Assembly: GCA_965224245.1 (NCBI GenBank)
Contig: OZ245046.1
Coordinates: 1,856,001 to 1,920,000 of the forward strand
Source: Candidatus Eiseniibacteriota bacterium
Lineage (GTDB): Bacteria; Eisenbacteria; RBG-16-71-46; CAZAMP01
Direction of reading: 5' to 3'
DNA: 64,000 nucleotides
Shown here: in pieces, positions 55,494 to 64,000 of the stretch
How the letters are laid out: each line of letters begins with the position of its first letter
Position numbering within the stretch: position 1 is the stretch's first letter
Notes under the pieces: model-generated
Database searches by the model: none
What the model saw: the letters and a program-made list of their open reading frames with translations, nothing else
Told to the model about the DNA's origin: nothing
Made by a program: the position numbers and the translations under genes

Positions 55494-56404
55494 CTCGTGC
55501 CCCCTCCCCAGCTCGGGCGCGACGCGCCGCCCGTGATCCGCTCGACCGCCGTGCGGTAGCGGCGAAGGGTCTCGGCGATGACCTCGGGCGACAGATCGGG
55601 CGGCGGCGGCGAGTGATCCCAGCCGGTCGCGTCGACCGCGTTGCGGACGTACTGCTTGTCCATCGGCTCGGGCTCCCGACCCGGCGCATGGCCCTCCACG
55701 TCCCAGAAGCGTGAGGAGTCGGGCGTCAGTACCTCGTCGATCACGATGAGCTCGTCGCCGACCAGCCCGAACTCGAACTTGGTGTCGGCGATGATCACCC
55801 CGCGCTCGCGCGCGTGCGTCGCGCACTTCTCGTAGATGGCCAGGCTCGTCTCGCGAAGCCGCGCTCCGAGCGTGTCCCCCACGATCCCGCACATCCGCTC
55901 GTAGCTGATGTTCTCGTCGTGCCCCTCGTCGGCCTTCGTGGACGGCGTGAAGATCGGCGACGGCAACGGGCCGTAGGCCTCGAGCCCGGCCGGCAGCGCC
56001 TCGCCGCACACGGTTCCGCTCCGCCGGTACTCCTTGAGGCCCGATCCGGCCAGGTAGCCGCGCACGATGCACTCGACGTCCAGGCGCTCAGCCTTCTTCA
56101 CCCGCATCGTGCGGCCGTGGAGCTCCTCGGCCGACCGGAACGGCTCGGGCAGATCGGCCGGCTCGGACGAGATGAAGTGCGTGGGGACGATGCCCTCCAG
56201 GCCCCGGAACCAGAACGTGGAGAGCGCGGTCAGGATCTTGCCCTTGTCGGGGATGCGCTGGGGCAGGATCACATCGTAGGTCGACACGCGGTCGGTGGCC
56301 ACGATGACCAGCTCGTCGCCGATGTCGTAGATCTCGCGGACCTTTCCCAGATACGTCGGCTCGAGATTCGCGATCGGATACTCGACCGGCAACGTCGCGG
56401 TCAT
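55490..56404 (-). CDS. purC: SAICAR synthetase
   Basis: GKVREIY, ATDRVSTYD, ECIVRGYLAGSG, FTPSTK, DTKFEFG, TPDSSRFW. Confidence 0.97.
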   Translation of the reverse strand: MTATLPVEYPIANLEPTYLGKVREIYDIGDELVIVATDRVSTYDVILPQRIPDKGKILTALSTFWFRGLEGIVPTHFISSEPADLPEPFRSAEELHGRTMRVKKAERLDVECIVRGYLAGSGLKEYRRSGTVCGEALPAGLEAYGPLPSPIFTPSTKADEGHDENISYERMCGIVGDTLGARLRETSLAIYEKCATHARERGVIIADTKFEFGLVGDELIVIDEVLTPDSSRFWDVEGHAPGREPEPMDKQYVRNAVDATGWDHSPPPPDLSPEVIAETLRRYRTAVERITGGASRPSWGGGTR

Positions 56405-57039
56405 GGTACGGCTCCTTCGTCTCCCGCGCCGGTGGGCGCGGCGGGGCGGGTCAATGCGCTCAGGTCGAGGTCACCGGTCTCGATCGCGCGGATCGTCTCG
56501 ACGTAGATGCGATGCTCCTCGGCCAGGATGCGCTCGGAGAGCGTGCGCTCGGTGTCGTCCGGGCGCACCGCCACGCGCGCCTGCATCAGGATCGGACCGG
56601 CGTCGACGGCCTCGGACACGACGTGCGCGGTGCAACCGGCGACGTCCACGCCCGCCTCCAGGGCCTGACGCTGCGCGTGAAGACCCCGGAACGCCGGGAG
56701 CAGCGACGGGTGGATGTTCAGAATGCGACCACGGTAGCGCGCGAAGAACGTGCGTCCCACGACGCGCATGAACCCGGCCAGACACACGAGATCCACGTGA
56801 TGCTCGGCGAGCGCATCCACGTAGCGGCGCGCGTTCGTCGGAGACAGACGCGGCCGATCGGTGCCCGGCGGGATGAAGCGCGCCGGGATCCCGGCCTCGT
56901 GAGCACGCACGAGCGCGCGGGCATCCTCGACGTCCGAGATCACCAGGGCGATCCGGCTCTGGAGACGCCCGTCCCGGGTGGCGTCGATGAGAGCGCCGAG
57001 GTTGGATCCTCGACCCGAGGCCAGAACACCGAGCTTCAT
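56401..57039 (-). CDS. purN: phosphoribosylglycinamide formyltransferase
   Basis: SGRGSNL, LAGFMR, NIHPSLLP, GCTAH..VDAGPI. Confidence 0.97.
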   Translation of the reverse strand: MKLGVLASGRGSNLGALIDATRDGRLQSRIALVISDVEDARALVRAHEAGIPARFIPPGTDRPRLSPTNARRYVDALAEHHVDLVCLAGFMRVVGRTFFARYRGRILNIHPSLLPAFRGLHAQRQALEAGVDVAGCTAHVVSEAVDAGPILMQARVAVRPDDTERTLSERILAEEHRIYVETIRAIETGDLDLSALTRPAAPTGAGDEGAVP

Positions 57040-57162
57040 GTTTCAGGACTCACGACTTCGTGGGAGGTGGCCGGCGCGCCGTGCGCGCATCACGCCTGGA
57101 AGAGCGCTTCTAGCATACGCACGACGCGGCACGCAATGCATGAGACCGGGCAGGATAGCGCC

Positions 57163-59103
57163 TCAGCGCAGTCGGCGCCACGTTCCCCCCCAGTGGAACA
57201 CCGACGAGGCGCCCGGATCCAGCTCCACACGGATCGCGCCCAGCCGTCGGGTCGCGTAGACCGGAACGCGACGCTCCGCGAGTGCCCCGGCGACCTCGCT
57301 CGCCACCGGCTTGGCCCCCGAGACCACGGCCAGACTCGGGGTCAACAGTGACAGGAGCCCCGGCGGTGAGGCGTCTCGACTGCCGTGGTGCCCGAGCTTG
57401 AGGACATCGGTCTCCGCGACCGCCGCACGGTGGCGGGCCGTGAGACGCGCCAGCCCCTGGCCGGAGAGGTCGCCGGTCAGCAACACGCGCGTTCCCCTCC
57501 AGTCGACGAGAAGCGTGACCGAGCGGGCGTTGTCGGCCAGCGCGGAGTCGGCCGGCGCCGGATGGAGGCACACGATCGATCCCTCGCGTGCGCTCCAGAG
57601 GGTGTCGCCATCGGCCAGCCGATGCACGTCGAGGCCGTATCGGTGCCCGGCGTCGCGCTCGGTGATCCCGACGAACACCCGATCCACGCGCCCGGCGTCG
57701 ACCAGCGCGCGAACGCCGCCGTCGTGATCCACGTCCGGATGCGTCACCACGAGGTTCACCCGACCGACGTTCATCGCGCGAAGCGCCCGTGACACCGCGC
57801 CCGCGTACCGCTCCCGGCCGGTATCCACGAGGAGGGGCTCGTGCCCGGGTAGCTCGCACACGATGGCGTCGCCATCGGCCACGTCCAGGAGCGTGATCGC
57901 GGCACGCGGCGCTTCGCGCGGGGTTCCGATCACCGCGAGCACCGCGAGGGCAACCCGGACCGCCCGATGGCCGCGCGAGAGCCCCGGCCACGCCGCGAGC
58001 GCCAGCGCCAGGATCCCGAGGGCGACGCCGGCGTCGATCGGCACCCGCGGGAGCGGCGGCAGCGCGCGCCCCGTCCCCCGCGATGCGCGGCGCGGCCGTG
58101 GCAGCTCGAGAAACGCGAGAATGCCCGCGGTGGCCGAGTACGACAGCACGTACCCCGCCGATCGCACGGCCCCCGGCGAGACGATCGTGGTCAGGATGAA
58201 CACGAACGCAAGCACGTTGCCGCCATCGAGGCGACGCCGGCGCAACGAGAGAACGGCCACGACGCTCGTCATGATCGCCGCGCGGACCACCGACGGCGAC
58301 CCGCCGGCCAGGATCGCGTACGGACCGAGCACCAGCGGGACCACCAGCGCGCCGTGCCGCCAGCCGAGTGCGCGCAGAAGCCCCACCAGGAGCGCGGCCA
58401 GGACGCCGACGTGCGCGCCACTGATGGCCAGCACGTGCGCGAGCCCCCGCTCGCGATAGGCCTCGCGAAGCTCGCGCGACAGCCCGGACCGATCCCCGAG
58501 CACGAGCGCGCGCAGAAGCCCGGCGCTGGTCGGATCGAGGCGCGAGTCGATCCGGTCGCGTGCATGCCGCCGGAACGCTCCGAGCCCGTGCGCCACCCCC
58601 GATCCGCCGTCCGTGACGAAGAGGGCCGCCGGACTCTCGACCGCGACGACGTTCCCGCGCGCGACGCCGCCGCCGGGGTTCCGTCGGCCGAAGGGCGGCC
58701 GCGGTCGCCCAAACACACCGATCCGCGAATCCTGCGCGGGCAAGCGGGCGAAATCGAGCAGCAAATCCGTCACATGTCCGGTTGAGTCGACGATCTGGGC
58801 GCGTCCGCCTCCGGGGGTCCAGTCCGCGCTCCGCACGCGCCCCCTGTGCCACACCCGCTCGGGCGGGACCACGGGCGCCTCGACGGGCCGGGGATCCAGA
58901 CTCGCGCCCGACATGAATCCGGCCATCGTAAACATAATGTAGACAAACGGTTGCGAGCCCCGGCGGTGCTCGCGGGCCAGGCTCAGCAACAGAAACGCGG
59001 TCAGCAGCGAAAGCCACGTGCCGTCCGCGGCCGTGACACCCGCCGCGAGACACAGCGCCGGCGTAACGAGCGGCGCGGCAACGCCGAGCGGCAGAGCCTT
59101 CAT
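57163..59103 (-). CDS. comEC: ComEC/Rec2 DNA-uptake protein (competence + metallo-beta-lactamase domains), shortened
   Basis: RNPGG, ALVLGDR, HVLAISGAH, SVVRA, GYVLSY; DVADGD, THPDVDHDGG, LLTGDL, GHHGS. Confidence 0.85.
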   Translation of the reverse strand: MKALPLGVAAPLVTPALCLAAGVTAADGTWLSLLTAFLLLSLAREHRRGSQPFVYIMFTMAGFMSGASLDPRPVEAPVVPPERVWHRGRVRSADWTPGGGRAQIVDSTGHVTDLLLDFARLPAQDSRIGVFGRPRPPFGRRNPGGGVARGNVVAVESPAALFVTDGGSGVAHGLGAFRRHARDRIDSRLDPTSAGLLRALVLGDRSGLSRELREAYRERGLAHVLAISGAHVGVLAALLVGLLRALGWRHGALVVPLVLGPYAILAGGSPSVVRAAIMTSVVAVLSLRRRRLDGGNVLAFVFILTTIVSPGAVRSAGYVLSYSATAGILAFLELPRPRRASRGTGRALPPLPRVPIDAGVALGILALALAAWPGLSRGHRAVRVALAVLAVIGTPREAPRAAITLLDVADGDAIVCELPGHEPLLVDTGRERYAGAVSRALRAMNVGRVNLVVTHPDVDHDGGVRALVDAGRVDRVFVGITERDAGHRYGLDVHRLADGDTLWSAREGSIVCLHPAPADSALADNARSVTLLVDWRGTRVLLTGDLSGQGLARLTARHRAAVAETDVLKLGHHGSRDASPPGLLSLLTPSLAVVSGAKPVASEVAGALAERRVPVYATRRLGAIRVELDPGASSVFHWGGTWRRLR

Positions 59104-59158
59104 TCCAGCGGACCGTTCATGTTAGGCTTTGGCGTATATCATCCACCTGGAGATGTTG

Positions 59159-59527
59159 ATGACGCAGGGGTCACCCGCCGTCCACGCCAGCCGTAACGGC
59201 CGGGCGGACGACCAAGATTCGGTCAACGGCGCCGTCACGCTTCTCAAAGCCGTCGGTCATCCTCTTCGCTTTCGCATCGTCGATCTCCTGGCCCGGCACA
59301 GCGCGCTCTCCGTGACCGAACTCTGCACCGTGCTCGACACGAAACAGCCGATCATCTCGCAACAGCTGTCGATCCTCCGAAAGGGCCTCGTGGTCAAGGG
59401 CAACCGCCACGGGAACCGCGTGCTCTACTCGCTGGCGAGTGATCGCGTGGCGAGGCTCGTACAGCTTCTTCACCATCCGACGAGCGACTCGGGCTGGGAA
59501 GAGTTCGCGGGAGACTTGCGCCAGTAG
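59159..59527 (+). CDS. ArsR/SmtB family transcriptional regulator
   Basis: LKAVGHPLRFRI, SVTEL, QPIISQQLSILR, RHGNRVLYSL; GGAG RBS. Confidence 0.88.
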   Translation: MTQGSPAVHASRNGRADDQDSVNGAVTLLKAVGHPLRFRIVDLLARHSALSVTELCTVLDTKQPIISQQLSILRKGLVVKGNRHGNRVLYSLASDRVARLVQLLHHPTSDSGWEEFAGDLRQ

Positions 59528-59671
59528 CGCTCGGGAGACGTCACGGGGACGCGCATCATCGCGCGGTTCGCGGGGCGGTTCCACATCCGATTTCAGAGAG
59601 CCGTCGCGACGCATCGGCGTCGTGACGGCCCGGCCCGCGGTCGCTCGTACCCGTCCGACCGCGGCGATTGC

Positions 59672-62473
59672 TCACGGTCGGCTCGGGACCGGCTCCCCCG
59701 TGAGCGACGAGCGCACGCGCCAGTCCGGATCGTCGGCCAGCACGCTCACCGCCGCCGTCTCCGGCGGTACGCCGTGTGCGTGAAGCGCCCGCGCGAGCGC
59801 GATGCGTGGCATCGCCTCCCATCCGGCCGCCGACGCCGCGAGCTCGATCAGCGCGTCGGTCGTCACCTCGGTACGGCAGCTCGCGAGCACGCCGAGCGTC
59901 CAGGTGCGACGCATGGCGTGGTCGTCGCGGCGCACCCGATCCACGAGCGAAGGCGCGACCTCCGGGCCCGCACGCACGAGCGCCTGGTACGCCGCCTGTC
60001 GGACCCGATGGCTTCGATCGCCGAGCGTGTCCGTCAAGCGCTCCACGTCGCCGGCGGTACCGAGCGCGCCGAGCGCGAACACCGCGGCGCTTCTCACGTC
60101 GGCATCCGGGTCGCGTAGAACCCCGTCGAGCATCGCGGGCGTGATCGCGGCCGCCGCGCTGGAGTCGGCCCGTGCGAGCCGCCCCAGCGACATCGCCGCG
60201 CGCGCGCGCAGGCCGGCGTCGTCATCCTCGAGGATCGGGACCAGGGGGGCGACCGCGGACCGGTCGGCCAGATATCCCAGCGTCCAGGTCACCTGTCGCC
60301 GGACGCGCTCGCTTCGGGCGCTGTCGACCACCGCCGCCAGGAGCGGCACGCCGACCCCGCCGAGCGACTCGAAGACGTCCTTGATTCCCCAGTACTCGCG
60401 CGGGATTCGGGTGTCCATGTACGGGACGAGCGCCTCGAGACCGGCGATGCCCAGCTCCTCGAAGCGCGATCGGGCCGCGTCGCGCCATTCGGAGAACTTG
60501 GGCGGTCCGGTCGACGCGAGCACGAATAGCTCGTCGAGGGTGTAGTCCCGATCCACGAACGGCACCTTCGGATCCGGCGGCCACACCTCCTCGGCCGACA
60601 GCTCGCCGGGCCGATCCACGAGCGCGCCCACATCGCTCCTGACCCGCACCGATCCGTCGCGCGGCGTTCCCGGATACGTGTCGAGCCCCACCGCGTCCAC
60701 GACGAGGCCGATGCTGCCCGAGCCCCGGCGCCGATTGCCGTACCCGAGCGTGCTGGAGGAGCGGCGAACGGTGTATGCGTCGTCTCCGGACGCGTCCAGC
60801 ACGAGCCCGAATCCGTTCGCGTTGCCGGCCCCCTGGGAGAGCTCGATCGCATCGTACGTGTCGTTGCCTCGCGCGTCGTACAGGATCCCGGCCGCCCGAT
60901 CGTGTCCGCACCCCTGACTGACGCTCTTGGTCACGTACATGTCGTCGCCCCCGGTGTCGGACAGCATGCCGACGCCGTAGTGCACCCCGGATCCCTGGGT
61001 GTACTGGTAGCCGGCGTACACGTCGTGACCGTCGGCGTCCACCAGCGCGCCGAGCCCGAACCAGTACGCGACGCCCTGGCCGAAGATGTCGCACTGGTAG
61101 AGATCGTTTCCGCGCTCGTCGATCAAGAGGCCTACCCCGCCGGAGCGATCGGGACGTGCGCCGAACGCGGCGCCCTGGAGGAACGACACGTAGTGCGTGT
61201 CGTATCGGATCACGTCGGTCACCAGCGGCGTCGCCAGGTACCGATCGCCGCCGTCCCGGTCGCAGAGCACGCCGACTCCGCGCACCCCGCCGAAGCCCTG
61301 ACCGTACGTGCCCAGGCGGTAGACGTCGTCGCCGGCGTCGTCGAGCAGAAGGCCGACGCCGAACGTGGCCGCCCCCTGCCCGAGCTCGGTCCCCATGTAG
61401 GTGTCACGTCCGGCGGCATCCCAGAGGACGCCCACGCCGACGACGCCGGCGCCCAGTCCGACCGGACCGGCCACGTACACGTCGTCCCCCCCCAGATCGA
61501 ACAGGACGCCCACCCCCCCGACGCCCGACGCGATCGCACCGGGCTCGACACCGCGGTACGTGTCGTCGCCGGACAGATCCAGCGCACAGGCCGCCGTGCG
61601 CGCGTGCCGGCCGGTTCCCCCGGCACCGTGCCCGTACAGGTCGTCGCCGCCGGGATCCACCGACACGAAGAGGTCGTCGGGATAGGTGTCGCTTCCGGTC
61701 GTGCCCACGATCACGTGACCGAAGCCGGTCTCAACCCCGACGGGCACCCATGCCGACACGTCGGCCGACGAGAGCGACCGTGCGGCACGCAGGCACGCCT
61801 CGGTGAACGTGCGCGCGATCGTCGAGAGGGCCTGCACCGACACCGGCTCCACGGCCGCGTAGAACGAGTCGGCCGACGCGATCGACGCGCGCTCGGCGGC
61901 CCGCAGCTCGAAGGGATCGGATCCGGATTCGTCGGTCTCGTCGAAGCTGGCGAGGGCGCCCTCCACGACGCCGGGCGGCAGCGGAACGCTCGCCACCGCC
62001 GCGAGCACCGCCGCCTCGACGAGCGCCACCGTGAGCTCGGTCTCGTCCGCGGGGGCGCCGGCCGCCTCGAGCGCCTCCCGGGTGGCCACGACGGCCGAGG
62101 CATTCGGCCGTCCGCCCGGCGGACCGTCGCGCGGACCGCCCACCAGCCCGTCGGCCCGCTGGAGGAGCGAGAGGATCGCGTCCGCCGCATCGCCGGGGAC
62201 GTCGGCCAGCTCCTCGACCCGCTCGGGTGTCTCGAGCGGGGCGGCCAGGAGATCGTCGACGATGGGCATGCGAAACGCATCCGCCCGGTTCTCGGTCACG
62301 CTCACGTCGGTGTCGTCGGGCACGAGACCCATGGTCTCCAGCGCGTCGCGAACCCAGGTCTCCTCGCCCGCTCGTGCCCCGAACGACGCCGCGAGCACCA
62401 GCGCGGTCGCGGTCGCGGCAATCGTCCCCTCCCGCCGCGGTCTCGAGGACGGCGGGCGTCGACGGCGCGTCAA
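59672..62473 (-). CDS. exported protein with 12 DxxGxDxY repeats and C-terminal HEAT repeats
   Basis: signal-like N-terminus; about 26-aa Gly-rich repeats; LEDDDAGLRARAAMSLG and RDPDADVRSAAVFALG HEAT repeats; start uncertain (TTG overlapping upstream stop). Confidence 0.75.
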   Translation of the reverse strand: MTRRRRPPSSRPRREGTIAATATALVLAASFGARAGEETWVRDALETMGLVPDDTDVSVTENRADAFRMPIVDDLLAAPLETPERVEELADVPGDAADAILSLLQRADGLVGGPRDGPPGGRPNASAVVATREALEAAGAPADETELTVALVEAAVLAAVASVPLPPGVVEGALASFDETDESGSDPFELRAAERASIASADSFYAAVEPVSVQALSTIARTFTEACLRAARSLSSADVSAWVPVGVETGFGHVIVGTTGSDTYPDDLFVSVDPGGDDLYGHGAGGTGRHARTAACALDLSGDDTYRGVEPGAIASGVGGVGVLFDLGGDDVYVAGPVGLGAGVVGVGVLWDAAGRDTYMGTELGQGAATFGVGLLLDDAGDDVYRLGTYGQGFGGVRGVGVLCDRDGGDRYLATPLVTDVIRYDTHYVSFLQGAAFGARPDRSGGVGLLIDERGNDLYQCDIFGQGVAYWFGLGALVDADGHDVYAGYQYTQGSGVHYGVGMLSDTGGDDMYVTKSVSQGCGHDRAAGILYDARGNDTYDAIELSQGAGNANGFGLVLDASGDDAYTVRRSSSTLGYGNRRRGSGSIGLVVDAVGLDTYPGTPRDGSVRVRSDVGALVDRPGELSAEEVWPPDPKVPFVDRDYTLDELFVLASTGPPKFSEWRDAARSRFEELGIAGLEALVPYMDTRIPREYWGIKDVFESLGGVGVPLLAAVVDSARSERVRRQVTWTLGYLADRSAVAPLVPILEDDDAGLRARAAMSLGRLARADSSAAAAITPAMLDGVLRDPDADVRSAAVFALGALGTAGDVERLTDTLGDRSHRVRQAAYQALVRAGPEVAPSLVDRVRRDDHAMRRTWTLGVLASCRTEVTTDALIELAASAAGWEAMPRIALARALHAHGVPPETAAVSVLADDPDWRVRSSLTGEPVPSRP

Positions 62474-63207
62474 AACCGTGACCGGATCGATGCGGTGACA
62501 CGATCCAGCGTGTTCACCTGGCTGCCGCTGAACACCGAGAGGAGGCGGTAGCGGATCACGAATGCGAGCGAGTCGCTGAGATCTCCGACACCTCCGAGAT
62601 CGACCAGGAGCGTGCCGTCGGTCCGGGCGTCGATCCGGTAGCGACTGGTCTCGACGTAGTCGATCCAGTCGAACGCGATCAGCTCGTCGACCCGGCCCCA
62701 GCGAACGACGCCACCGCCGATGCCGGCGATGGGTGTGACGTGCCACCGGTAGAGCCAGGTCTCGATGGAGACGAACGCACTGCTCAGCGACGGCATCGGA
62801 ATCGTCGTCGTTCCCCCACCGTTCGCGCTGACCCACTCGCTGACCGACTCCCCGGCATGTCCGAGGGACAGGCGCGCCTCGAGGCGCGGGCTGAGGCGGC
62901 GTCCGAGCGTGATCTCGATCAGGGGCTTCGCCGTCGTGTCGTTCGCGCCGCTGGGGATGTTGGCCACCGAGGGTGTGTACACGACGACCCCCCCGCCGAC
63001 CTCCAGATCCCACCGGCTCGACCACGGCGTGGCATCGGTGTCCGCGCCCCGAGCCGGGCCGGGAACGAGCGCTCCGCCGACGAGGACCGTGGCGGCGATG
63101 CGGCCGGCGATGCGGCCGGCGATCCGGCCGGCGGTGCCGCGGGCGATGCGGCGCGCGGCGATGCGGCGCGCGCGGATGCGGGCCGCTCTGGATGGCGTGT
63201 CCTGCAT
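62470..63207 (-). CDS. putative small outer-membrane beta-barrel protein
   Basis: signal peptide (..PARG-A), alternating beta-strand pattern, TPIAGIGGG, terminal Phe. Confidence 0.6.
   Translation of the reverse strand: MQDTPSRAARIRARRIAARRIARGTAGRIAGRIAGRIAATVLVGGALVPGPARGADTDATPWSSRWDLEVGGGVVVYTPSVANIPSGANDTTAKPLIEITLGRRLSPRLEARLSLGHAGESVSEWVSANGGGTTTIPMPSLSSAFVSIETWLYRWHVTPIAGIGGGVVRWGRVDELIAFDWIDYVETSRYRIDARTDGTLLVDLGGVGDLSDSLAFVIRYRLLSVFSGSQVNTLDRVTASIRSRF
63094..63186. repeat. degenerate 12/15-bp tandem repeat in signal-peptide n-region
   Basis: GGCGATGCGGCC x2, GGCGATCCGGCC, GGCGGTGCCGCG, GGCGATGCGGCGCGC x2; encodes (G/R)RIA units. Confidence 0.8.
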
Positions 63208-63246
63208 GGGTCTCAGTCTAGCCGTACCCGGCATCCGCGCAAACAA

Positions 63247-64000
63247 TTACGGAAGCTCGTGCGGCATGTTCTCGTTGGGCGGCTTGAAGAACTTCCGGAC
63301 CGGGTAGCGGAAGAAGTTCGAGGCCCGGCTCGTGTAGATGCAGGCGAAGCGCGTGAGCTGCGCGCCGAATCGGCTCTGGGTGTTCCCGTTCTTGAAGATG
63401 GGACCCCAGTTCGCGTTGTAGATCGACTCGGCCGCCTCCCAGCTCGATTCCATGCGCTTCTCCGCCCGCTCGATCCGTCGCTCCATCTCGCGCAGCCCGC
63501 GCTTCATGTGCGCGAACGTCTCCCGGAGCTTCGCCCGCTCCGCAGGTGGGACGGCCGGATCGGATCGCCGACGATCGTGCTCGGCCAGCTCGATCTCCAG
63601 GAGGTCCCGGTCCGAGAGGAGCCGGTCCAGGCTTCGCTCGGCGTTGCGCGCTCGCTCGATCTGACGCTTGGCCCTCTGGCGAGCCGCGATCTCGTCCTCG
63701 AGCTCGTGGAGGATCATCGCCGTGCGCCACCCCAGCGCCCGCTTCGAGCGAAGGATGTCCCCGTACGTGTGATCGCCGAAGTAGAGGATCTGATCGCCCT
63801 TGTGACCGAGACGCTCCTCGAGCGCCGCGGCGTGCCCGCCCGACAGCACCGGCCGGCGCGCTCGCATGTGCGATCTCGCGCCGCTCGTCCCGCTCGGGGA
63901 GGTGGCATGACCCGGCGAGACCTCGGACTCGGGCAGCTCCTCGAACGGGGTCGTCGACGTGAAGAACCGCGGCTTCCGCGCGTTCACGACGACCAGATCG
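63247..64000 (-). CDS. HAD-IG family 5'-nucleotidase (cN-II-like), 5' end outside window
   Basis: DLVVVNARKPRFF, ILYFGDHTYGDILRSK..GWRT, WGPIFK, FACIYTS, MPHE; frame open to window edge. Confidence 0.88.
   Translation of the reverse strand, partial: DLVVVNARKPRFFTSTTPFEELPESEVSPGHATSPSGTSGARSHMRARRPVLSGGHAAALEERLGHKGDQILYFGDHTYGDILRSKRALGWRTAMILHELEDEIAARQRAKRQIERARNAERSLDRLLSDRDLLEIELAEHDRRRSDPAVPPAERAKLRETFAHMKRGLREMERRIERAEKRMESSWEAAESIYNANWGPIFKNGNTQSRFGAQLTRFACIYTSRASNFFRYPVRKFFKPPNENMPHELP

Noticed and set aside
57040..57162. Purine or ZTP riboswitch upstream of purN (also checked the guaA leader, 53797-53897)
   Set aside because: No recognisable consensus or terminator by eye; an Rfam/Infernal scan would be decisive

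Overview
A very GC-rich (about 70% by eye) chromosomal segment of a diderm, LPS-producing bacterium. The LpxC-FabZ fusion, the Bacteroidetes/Chlorobi-type insertion in SecA and a FlgD/T9SS-like C-terminal domain suggest an FCB-related lineage (inference). Nearly all genes lie on the minus strand in tightly coupled housekeeping runs: purB-purL-purQ-purS-lolC-lolD-mcsA-mcsB-clpC-bamA, skp-lpxD-lpxC/fabZ-lpxA-(GnnA-like)-lpxB-DUF374-waaA-lpxK, lnt-asd-ecfT-truA-tal-htrA, secA-trmFO / xerC-argF-lipoprotein-dapF, and comEC-purN-purC-purH-guaA-M6 protease-Slt-propeller-csp. The four plus-strand units are rpsT, an ArsR regulator, an ECF sigma + Ser/Thr kinase-WD40 pair splitting bamA from skp, and a membrane-anchored sulfatase-fold enzyme splitting trmFO from xerC. 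I saw no rRNA, tRNA, CRISPR array, transposase or prophage. The best candidate for an undescribed system is the ECF/kinase pair. It shares an intergenic region with the lipid A operon that holds a near-symmetric GGAAC-N17-(C/G)GTT ECF-type promoter readable in both directions. Other oddities are a tandem-duplicated PurS, a 12-repeat DxxGxDxY + HEAT exported protein, an internally shortened ComEC, an extra SecA insertion and a lipoprotein dense in D-S/T-x sequons. All calls come from motif recognition alone; no searches were run, and several start codons were chosen from stop/start overlaps or RBS.
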